Position numbers and translations under genes: made by a program. From Antedon mediterranea (lineage: Eukaryota; Animalia; Echinodermata), in contig NC_092679.1 of the NCBI RefSeq assembly GCF_964355755.1, positions 12,817,432 to 12,881,431 on the forward strand: a DNA stretch of 64,000 bases. Reading direction: 5' to 3'. The notes under the pieces are model-generated. The model was not told where the DNA came from, searched no databases, and saw only the letters and a program-made list of their open reading frames with translations. Shown here one piece after another: positions 37,901 to 48,025 of the stretch; position 1 is the stretch's first letter, and each line of letters opens with the position of its first letter.

Positions 37901-40129
37901 ATGAAAAAAGTAGACCACATCATGTTAGGAATTAGTTTTGGGAACAAGTTGACATGAGAGCAAGTGGAAATGAGACTTTAGATTGAGTTTACTGTAAATT
38001 TTTAATTACAATTTATTTTACTTATGTGAATACATCTCTTTTAAGATTATCCACGAGATTGCACTGACTTACTTGAACGCAACAGTGAAGCAACAAGTGG
38101 TGCTTATATGATCAATATTCATGATGGAGGTGAACCATTCAGAGTTTACTGCGATATGGACACTGATGGCGGTGGATGGACAGTAAGGCCTAATATTACA
38201 TTTCATTAAATGTTGGTAATTCTACAAAAATGTTGCCCAATTATTGATGTGCTGAAATGAAGATAATACTACAAAAATATTAAAACCAAAATATTATAAT
38301 ACCCGTAATAGTTTTCCATAATTGTATGAGCATTAAAACACAGTGCCTTTAATTCTCAAAATTCACTAAGAAACTACAGAAACTCATTTTGCACATGCGC
38401 ACATGTTTCTGAGCATGTGCAGAATGATTTTCTGTAGTTTACAGATTAATTTGTTATTTACTATATGGACACATATCAAGACTATGAAATTTAGGAAGTT
38501 AAAAACTCCGCTGGACTGGAGGAACTGAACAATGATTTAAGAAAGTCTAGTTTGAACAAAAAAAACATTTTAGCAACACATTTCTTTTACCTGTATTAAT
38601 AGTCAATGTATATCTCGATCTTCCAAAATTCTTGCAACAACAAAATGTCAACTTGTAGGTACTCATTAGGTAACCATTATGAATATGACTTTAATTGTCA
38701 CAGATCTAAAACTCACTAATTTCTTTCAATTATATTTGTAAAGGTTTTTCAAAGACGAGAAGATGGATCAATGAATTTCTATAGAAATTGGGCAACATAC
38801 AAGGAAGGGTTTGGGAATGTTAATAGTGAGCATTGGCTTGGTAATGATAACATTCATCGCCTTACATCTGATGGTCACTTTGAATTAAGAGTGGACATGT
38901 CCACCTTTGAAGAAGGATCGGCCTACGCTCACTACGACAACTTCCGAATCGGTGATGAGGAAAGCAACTACAAACTGATATGTGGTAACTACAGTGGTAA
39001 TGCAGGTAAGGACTTGTTTTCACACGTTTAACTCTTCTACAGTACATGCTGTTTCTATAACAATTTAAATATTGTAATGTCAGCATTATGTCTGTCTGGT
39101 AATAGTATTTCTCTGATATTTCTAAATAATAGTATAGCACCACCTATGTTGAAATAAAACTGTCTCACAAAATCATATTTCATTTTGATGACGTCATCAT
39201 GTTAAAAGTTGGAATAAAAGGCAGGTTCCGTAATTTCACCTATGCTACACTGTATGTAGTATGTATACAGTATATAGTGTATACCAGTATAGATACTTTA
39301 GACACAAAATAGACAGCACACCAACATTTTATTTTCTTCAGTACAACAGCAAGACTCGAGTTAAAAGGATAACCCATAAAGTAAATACTTAATTCTATTT
39401 GAACATGGAAAAACAAATTGCACAGGTTCCATACACAAATTATAAAAGAAGAAATGAAAAATCAAAATCCAAGACGTAAAAAAAACTATGATTTAAAATG
39501 GTTAAAATTTGTATAAAATGGTTTAAAAAAAATTTAAGGTCACAAACTGAAATTTATGTAAAAAATTGTGAAAATGATTTTTTTTTAAACAGTCATACTT
39601 CCTAAAATAAACAGTGAAATTAATTTTTATTACATATTCTGGAAGGTGATGAGTTATAGATATCGGATCATGCATCAATATGACTAACTGAACATTGTGA
39701 CATCATCATATGACGTAGTTACCTTTCACATTCATTTACGCGCATCTCGCTTATTCTTACTCAAATTAAGCAGGATTTCATTAGTATTCAATCCAATGAT
39801 GGTAAAAAATTTGGCCTTATGGAAAATTGATATAAATAGATTGTATTGCATGCTTAATTTTAGGTGATTCATTGACACGTCAAAACAATCAAGAGTTTTC
39901 AACATTTGACCAAGTTCATGACACCTTTACTTCATCATGTGCTGGAAGATTCAAAGGAGCTTGGTGGTATGAGGCCTGTCATGATTCAAATCTGAATGGA
40001 TTGTACTTGGGTGGTACAACTGATCAGTATGCAACAGGTGTGGTGTGGAAAGATTTGAAAGGTTACTACTATTCCTTGAAAACGACTGAGATGAAAATAC
40101 GTGGAATTATTACAACAGTAAAAGCTTAA
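34908..40129 (+). CDS. FReD gene A: secreted fibrinogen-related-domain protein (ficolin/tachylectin-5/MFAP4-like), 276 aa; exons 34908-35073, 38046-38182, 38744-39005, 39864-40129
   Basis: signal peptide [17 protein letters not shown]; GT-AG introns with matching phases 1,0,1; motifs [70 protein letters not shown]. Confidence 0.9.
35223..37600 (-). mobile_element. 5'-truncated Rex1/Babar (CR1-group) LINE in intron 1 of gene A, split by a MITE
   Basis: [72 protein letters not shown]; 3' AATAAA plus (ATTGA)n tail near 35223-35251. Confidence 0.88.
36075..37017. mobile_element. CAG...CTG TIR MITE with 5-bp TSD inserted in the LINE RT
   Basis: CAGGCCCGTAGCCAGG...CCTGGCTACGGCCCTG; AAATA duplicated; removal restores the RT frame. 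Confidence 0.85.
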
Positions 40130-40571
40130 TGGTAGCATGATATAGTGAAGTTGATAACTTTCGCTATCTTTTGTTTTGTGAGTTAAACTCAGTGTATAAT
40201 AGTTAATTTGAAAACCAATAAAATTCAAAGACACTTTCCCTACGTTTTTCCATGTAATATAATTGATTGATTGATTTACTTTAGTAACCAGAGTCACACA
40301 GATACATACAATATAAACATATAAAACAATTATAAAATCAGTACAACAGTAAGACTCGATCAAGTTAAAAGGATAACCCAAAAAAGTAAAATACTTAATT
40401 CTATTTCAACACGGAAAAACAAATTGCACAGATTCCATACACAAATTATAAAAGAAGAAATTAAAAATAAAAATCCAAGACGTAAAACAAAAACTATGAT
40501 TTAAAATGGTTAAAATTTGTATAGAATGGTTTAAAAAAAATTTAAGGTCACAAACTGAAATTTATGTAAAA
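39338..40571 (+). repeat. ~230-bp direct repeats (39338-39563, 40338-40571) flanking exon 4 of gene A
   Basis: TCAGTACAACAG..GTTAAAAGGATAACCC...CACAAACTGAAATTTATGTAAAA in both. Confidence 0.88.
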
Positions 40572-41255
40572 TTAAATACTATGTTGGCCTATTGAAATAT
40601 ATGTTTTCATCTTTAAACGGTTACAAAAATCTGAAAAAGCAGCCCGCTATAAATACTAGCATCCATTGTGTACAGATTGATATTTCTGTTGATTTGAAAC
40701 ATCAAGAATTGCAGGGAAAGTGTCTTCACTATGAATAAATTTTATTTTTTAATTTGTTAGAACCTATAATTAATAGATGACACAAAACAGCAAATGCAGA
40801 ATAAAAATAGAAAATAAGTGTGGAAATGTAATACTGCAGAAACAAAATAAATCAAGTTTAATGTGCAAGTTGTTTCCTATGTTTGTTTGTATTTTCTATT
40901 TAATATAGTTTGAGATTTGTGACGAACAGCATTGGTGTTAATGTTTTGATATACGTTTGATATTAAATATTATTAAAAAGGTAGTCAATGGGTGGGGAAG
41001 GGAAGTTGTAGTGTATACCCGAGGGTAATCCCCATAATTACCCTGTTTTATAATAAATTTCTGAACTATAAACCAGTTGATTGCATTCTCTTTTAATATA
41101 ATCAAACATGTGTTCGAATCTCGAGTTTTTTCATATTCTGTATTCAAAAAGTTACTTGCTGCCACCTATCTTTGTAAGCTCATAGCATTTGTATAGCCAG
41201 ATGGCATTATTTTTAATTATTTTCTATTATAAAGAATTTCAAGATAACTGATCTA

Positions 41256-41313
41256 TCGTGATATTAGGTCTTAGGGGGTCTTAGCTTTTGTGATCTTAGG
41301 TTTTGTGACACCC
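41256..41313. mobile_element. Solo right end of the MULE-like MITE
   Basis: TAGGTCTTAGGGGGTCTTAGC...GTGACACCC as at 4018 and 14796. Confidence 0.8.
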
Positions 41314-41959
41314 GCCTACTAGGCCTAGCTAGACCTAGGCTGAAAGACAGCAATACGAAACTTTGACAGGCAACTGGAACTCATCTAGGCTAAATTATGT
41401 GTTTTCCAACGATTCCACGTCTTGTAGAGATGTTTCCATTAAGCGATCAAAATCCTACAAATGATCTAAAGTTACTTTAAATGCCTTTTTGATCTAAATT
41501 AGTACATACCCTTTCCAAAAATGGTACTTTCATCACCATGTCATAATAACATTTGCAACGAAAGTAAAAAATAGGTGGCGCTGTTATATTTCAAAAGCAA
41601 TAGTACAACAAAAATATTTTCCCAAAGCGAACAGATTTTTTTTTTGTACACAAAAAAAACTAATATTAAACAATCGTTTAATAGTGCGTACTATTGCACG
41701 CCATGTGACCCACAACCGTCCAACAATCAAATGACAGGAATTTCTTTAGGTGTTATATAATATGATCTAACAATCTTTGAGTTGTTAAAAATATGCATGG
41801 CTTGGTAAAAATGACAGTCGGTTTCCTGACGTATCAGCTCTAGGAGCCTGTAGCCGGCCTAACTTGTTCTTATAAAATCTTGTATGTAATGGATGTTTCT
41901 TATCTTCAAAAATTTTACTTAATTTACTTAGGACCTGTTTTCATAAAAATATTTTAAAT

Positions 41960-42385
41960 CATTAATACAACCAACTATATTTGATGCTATCTTAGTAATT
42001 TAATGAGACCTAAATTTCTTGTGTGTTTCATTCAAATTAATCAATCAGGCAATGAAAGAGATAACTAATACTAATTGAATAACTGTTTCATAGAATAATT
42101 TCCAAGTACAACAGCTAACATTAAATTTATTTAGCTTTCTGAGGAAATATAACCTTTGGTGACCTTTTTTAATTATCTCGGCCGTATTTTTTTCAAAGCT
42201 GAGTTGATCATCAATATGTGTACCAAGATATTTTGTTCCATATGAACATGTTCAATTGTCTGATCATTAACTATCAGATAACTTTTTTCATTTTCTTTTT
42301 TATTTAAATCCCATATAATTTCTTTAGTTTTTCTAAAATTTATCTTAAGGTAATTGTCACTGCACCATGACATTAATTTATTTCG
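41960..42385 (-). mobile_element. Degraded Rex1/CR1-group LINE fragment
   Basis: WCSDNYLKINFRKTKE, YLG..ID..LSF, QRLYFLRKL across frames. Confidence 0.7.
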
Positions 42386-43139
42386 TAAGTGTCACCGGTT
42401 TGGGCAAACATCTGGTACGCAGGAGAAAATTTGATTAGTTATACTATAGGTCAAAATTGTTAATGCATGACTTTCATATCATAAGCGTCGTTCACTAATC
42501 TTGTAACTTGAACTGTTGTAACGAACGAAAGATAAGTGTCTTTTTCTGGCTCAGACCTATTTATGCCACGTAACCCTACAAAAGCATAACTTCGTAGGTC
42601 TGAACAGGCCCTTAGATGCTCGCATAACTGAGAACACCTGTGAGTTATGTACTATTGAGTTACGGTCGAATAAATGGAATGCAGTTATATGTGTTTTGTT
42701 ATGGTATTGGTAGCTTTTAGGTTTCATGAATCAGTTTCCTAAACACCCCCAAAAAAATCTTATCAATATTGATTAATCGATAGATGTTTGGTTTTAGTAC
42801 GTTTACTTAGCATATAGATAACCATCATAAGTTTGTATATTACATACATGTTGAAATAATTATGTATGTTTTATTAAAATGCCTTCATATTTCAATTTTG
42901 TTGTTTAAAATTAAATTTTACCAAATTTGTACTTCAAATACAGTCATGCTTTATTAAAAATTATATTGAATGACACATACTATATATTTATATTTATTTA
43001 TTAATATGTTAATTGTTTAATCTAATAATGATTTCCATGTTTTACGGATTGTACTGTTTGTATAATAGATTTGTATTACACAAAGTGCTTACAAATGCTA
43101 ATTTAGAATCAACCATTTATGTAGCCCACTTGACTGCTA

Positions 43140-43171
43140 GGAAACTCCCAGCTGAAAATGATACATAAATA
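43140..43171 (+). promoter_or_regulatory. Gene B core promoter: kappaB-consensus site plus TATA-like box
   Basis: GGAAACTCCC (reverse GGGAGTTTCC) at 43140-43149; CATAAATA at 43164-43171. Confidence 0.5.
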
Positions 43172-43330
43172 GAGATGACTGGGGCTACCTTCCATAAATT
43201 GATTACGGCTTTCTGATATTAAGACACGACTCCCGGCTTATATATTAGACAGGTAGTTTGGTGACTGTGAAGGTAGAAAAGAATGCTAGGAAGAAGTTTC
43301 CAACTGTCTCTGCTGGTGACTCTGGCACTC

Positions 43331-44913
43331 CTGGGGCGGATCCAGAGGGGGGGGGGGGGGGGTCCACGGGGTCCGGACCCCCCCTAAATTTTAAGGGTGC
43401 TCTTTTTTTAGAGGTTCAATATTTTATTCGTGTGACATATTTGTGTGTATATTAGTATGCACAGAGTAAGCTACACTAACCCCAAAAATAAAAACAAAAA
43501 TTTATCACAATGAGCGCGATGTTAAGTTACGGCGGCCGATCAAAGAGCATTGTGAGAGGTGGTGACGCGTGATGATCTACTTAAACTTCTAAAAATAGAT
43601 CGTTTCGCTTACTACAGAGGGCGCATGTAAACTTTTTACGATTCAACTCCGCGTACGTTACCATGCGCGCTCTGTCATTGACGCGATTATTTGTCCATTG
43701 GTAAACACATTTTTATGTATTATTATTCTGAAAATAATTGAACTGTAAACATAATTCTTTTGAGTATTTGTTTATTTACATATCATTCCATCAGATCAAC
43801 TATTTTTTATTTCCATTACATCCAACCAAACATGTAAAAAATGTAGTTAAAATATCGTACTATCTACCGCGTACGACCATACGCGGTAGATTGTTTACTC
43901 AAAAATCATCGAACGTTCCTTACACTATACTATTCAACCTTGTTTTTGTAGTTGAGCCTCTCATGACCTGGGATTTGTTTGTCTTCCTACGCCAAGATAA
44001 TATAGTTCTACAAGCCATGTGCTTTTTTCTCTGAGAAATATTTATTATAAGTCCCAAAAAAAATGTTTTTTTCTCGATATGAAGCCTTTATTATTCAAAT
44101 CTTTCATTTTTGAAACAATATTTGTGAAAATTACGTGAGGCTCAACTACAAAACCACCATTTTGTGATATGATGTCATCGTAAGCCAATCAAAGCTGAGC
44201 TTTCCCGCGATCGGCAGAGCTCACGGTTAAGTTGAATGATTTTGGATTCTGGCTATTTGATTGGTGGACGCGAATCACCCACAGCGGAATGTTTTCTCTC
44301 GCGTGTACCAAGAAGTCACGTAATCTCTCTGTACTGAACGGTACTACACAAATTTAGAGCAATGAATTTGTACGAATTCCGTTAAATAAACAACTCTATA
44401 TATTTTATAAACATTTAATAACATATTTTATTGATATTTCCAATGTTGATATATAAAAGAAATTACTATAAAACGTAATTATATGTAATTATTTTAGCGA
44501 AAAATGGCGCAATTTGTTTACAACGTTCGTGGCTAAAAACGATCATTTTCGGCAATGTTTTCGGACCCTATATTTCGAAAACTACAAGTCAGATTTTCGT
44601 AATTCTTTCTTTATTGGAATATTGAAACAAAATACCAACAGATAATGTTTAAATTGGTTGAAAAATAAAAACATTTAATTTTGCATCGTTATCCCTGCTA
44701 ATAAAGTGTCATTTCCGGCGAACTAGAAAGGTGCCATTTATCATGGATTTTGCGTGCGAGAGTGCCATTTCCGGCCATCTAAGTGTGTCCTGTAACAAAA
44801 TTCGCTTCGCCACAACCCCCACCATGGGGGGGCTGTGGCTCAAATACTCAATATCTGATGTGCCCTTTTTATCGGCGGACCCCCCCTCTCAAAAATGTCT
44901 GGATCCGCCCCAG
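43331..44913. mobile_element. Non-autonomous TIR element (CTGGGGCGGATCC ends), no TSD
   Basis: CTGGGGCGGATCCAGA...TCTGGATCCGCCCCAG; shares GAGTGCCATTTCCGGCCATCTA motif with 24160 and 36890. Confidence 0.8.
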
Positions 44914-46644
44914 CAGACAATGGTACAAATTTTGTTGGGGGTAAAAGGGAATTAAGTAAAGTAATGGAAATGTTGGATTTTAGTAAAATTAAAAACTATA
45001 TGACTCATGAAGGAATTGGATGGAGTTTTAATCCACCTTTAAATCCACATTGCACATGTCTAAAGAAAGTCTAATTAAATCATCCAAAAAAATCAATGAT
45101 TGCAATATTAGGCAAGGATAATAGCAAAATTAACCTTAGAAAAAACTTATGAAACATTTTTGGAATAGATGGGTTAAAGAATGGCTACCTACAATGAATA
45201 AAAAAAAATGGAAAGATCACACTCATGACTTTAAAGTTAATGATATTGTTATTGTAAAAGATAGATTTAATGTGAGAGGACAATTGCCCAGCGGTGGGAG
45301 GCTGCAAAGGCTCTAGCCCCCTCGTTGGGGAGCCAAAGGCAAAAAGAGCCACTAGCTAGTTTTCTAAATTGTCTTAGCTCAGCCCCACTATCGAGCTGGT
45401 CATAGATACTGTACTTACCGGTATACATTTCGTTTCATATTTCGAAGTATAATACAGTCAGTGCATTGTATGGGGACCTATAAGCTCTATTTTTCAATTG
45501 TTTTTGTTTTAGCTCTATTTAACTGTATTTTTCTAAATGTTCTTAGGTCCATCCCAGCCTTGGTGGGCTGGTTCTCTGTAGACTTGTAATTTTGTTTCTT
45601 ATGTATAATTGCAATTTCCGGGGACCTAGCAGCCCATGGGTGTCTCGCGCATTTATAATTTCCAAACCCCTAGGCAGCAACCAGCCTACGTCTCTTCTAT
45701 TAACGATATACTATAATGGCTACCCTAAATCTGATTAAAACGGCTTCAAATTACGCTAGAACGCATAGCTTTCGGGGGCCCTTGGCGGCCCCCCAGCCTA
45801 GTGATTCCTTCATCACTCGCATAGCCCAACGCCCACCCTTCTGGGAATTTAGCCCTGCGTCGGGGAATTCAGCCCCGCGTCTGGGAATTTAGCCCCACGT
45901 CGGAAAGATCTTGGCGCCACCACTGCAATTGCCATGTAGAATACTTGTTATCCTGGATTAGATAACCATGTTAGAGTTGTTAAAGTGGAGAATTCTTAAG
46001 AAATATTACGAAGATTTGTCATTTAGAAATGCTGCCAAGTTAGATTAAGTTGTTTGAATTGTAGTTATATGTGTTAAATGGAAAAATAATATATGCGATA
46101 TAAAGTGAATATTAATTGAAAGAATAAAATGTTAAAATAAATAAAAGAAACTCGAATTAATTAATCAATGAATTGTACATAGATAAAATTAATTAAAAGA
46201 AACAAGAATTATTCAATGAATTGTACATACATAAAAATAAAACATAAACAAATAAAAAAAAAATTAATTAAAAAATGAAAAATCGAAATATTTATTTAAG
46301 TTCATTAAAGAAATATATAAATGAGAAGAAATTGAAACAAAATAAACAATGTATGGTAATAGACAAGGAGGGGGACAATGTTCAGAAGAATAGTTGTATT
46401 GTGATTGTTGCATGAATTCTTTCTTAGATGGTTGAACACCTTTCTGTAAATTAGTTACGAACGTGTATGCACGGCGTAGCGTGTGTTCAGTTCAGTTCTT
46501 TTTGTTGTTGCAGGCGAAAATTTATTCGATTATTGCAACAGTTAAACAAACTATTGTTCGCTCTTCAATTATGAAGATTAAATTTCGGAGTAAACCTGTC
46601 ACTATCCGACAGGGTTTACTAAATATATTGCATAAAACAAACAA
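44914..46644 (+). mobile_element. Degraded BEL/Pao LTR retrotransposon 3' remnant (integrase, possible PPT and LTR from 46379)
   Basis: DNGTNFVG, WSFNPP, HFWNRWVKEWLP, KVNDIVIVKD, YPGLDNHVRVVKV; AAGGAGGGGG then TGT at 46379; LTR end uncertain. Confidence 0.7.
45289..45925. mobile_element. hAT-type MITE, 8-bp TSD
   Basis: CAGCGGTGG...CCACCACTG flanked by CAATTGCC (45281-45288, 45926-45933). Confidence 0.85.
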
Positions 46645-46839
46645 TAGGTGTAATTATTTAATTAATATTTTATATCTTGCCCTTTTATAATACTAAATTC
46701 ACAAAAAAAAAGTTTCAATTATTTTAAGGTATGGAAGACAGTATGGTAAAAAATTTGTCTTTGAACATATTGTTCCAATTTTCCTTAGGATAACAATATT
46801 TGTAATATTTTTTGTTTGTTTATGGATTATGAAATTTTC

Positions 46840-47072
46840 AATTTATGACTTACCTTGTAAAAATATGTTTGAACACGAACCTTTTATGACTTTATCTTGT
46901 AATAGTACAATACCTTACACTACCTTACGTACACTACCTTTTTATGATTACTGTAAGTTCAAACACGAACCTTTCATTACTTAACTTATAAGTTCAAACA
47001 CAAACATTTTATAACTTACCATGAAATAAGTTCAAACACAAACCTTTCATAAATTAACTTATAAGTTCAAAC
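46840..47072 (+). repeat. Degenerate ~35-40-bp minisatellite (AAGTTCAAACACGAACCTTT..); reverse-complement array at ~58670-58920
   Basis: recurring AAGTTCAAAC / GTTTGAACTT cores. Confidence 0.7.
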
Positions 47073-48025
47073 TAGTCTGGGTTGCAGACGGAGTTTTGTC
47101 TTAATATTAGTAAAACGAAAAATATTTTGGCACATATGGCGTTTCATACGTATACTACTTGATTTTGGATACTCCGTCTGGGGAAACACGCACAAGTCAC
47201 GTGGTTTGACACCAAGAATTCTTGGTGCATACGATTATCCGGTTGACTAGTTTCAGCTGCATGCGATTGGCTACTCACTCGTACACCGTTTTAATATTCA
47301 TATTTCAGAATTTCAAAGACTCAACAACTAAGATGATGCGCATGCGCTATGTTACGTTTAGACAATGTGTACTTAGGTACATTTATGAAAGTTTCTGAAG
47401 GTTAGATATTATTTTATATGCCTAGTAGTCTGGTAAACATTTGATGGGATTTTTCCCAAGAACATGAAAACTCGTCTTGATATGATAGGCTAGCTTCTCC
47501 GCAAATCAAACATTGAATGGATCATTTATTACGCGGAGATAATTTTGATTTAATTCTCACCCGACCCTGTCCTGCTGTGTGGTGGTGTAGACCTGTTGTG
47601 TGCTGGTGGCGGTATGTAGGCCTACTTTATTGGCGTTTTATTTGGCAGGTCATACGTGCGAATTGAGTAGGACCTACGAAAGAGGCCTAGGCCAAGGACT
47701 AAACAATTAATAAACAAAACAACTTGGCATTACGATTTTATATTTTAACAGTCTCGATCGTACATTCAGCACTGCACGTACTCGATCTTTTTCATTTTGA
47801 AACAAAATGATCATTGGTTGATTCGAAATCCATATTTACATACCGCCCGCCCCATATAGCCAAATACGGTATGATAACCTACGTCATTCTTATCGGATGT
47901 TTGTGGTCTGCAAACCGATTTCTATACGTGTTCACAAGTCTGTATTTTCAGACAAAAATCGCGGTCGAAATAAAAAACAAATAAATAAAAAAAAAAGAAG
48001 ATAATACAGACTTGGGGCAAGTCTA
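47073..48025. mobile_element. Non-autonomous element with TAG...CTA ends, terminal hairpins and 10-bp TSD (AcademH-like)
   Basis: left TA-GTCTG-GGTTG-CAGAC, right (rc) TA-GACTT-GCCCC-AAGTC; AAGTTCAAAC at 47063-47072 and 48026-48035. Confidence 0.65.

Noticed and set aside
43258-43455. ORF MVTVKVEK..GGGGGSTG as intact exon 1 of gene B
   Set aside because: Wrong frame relative to the signal peptide (ATG 43283) and reads into the inserted element
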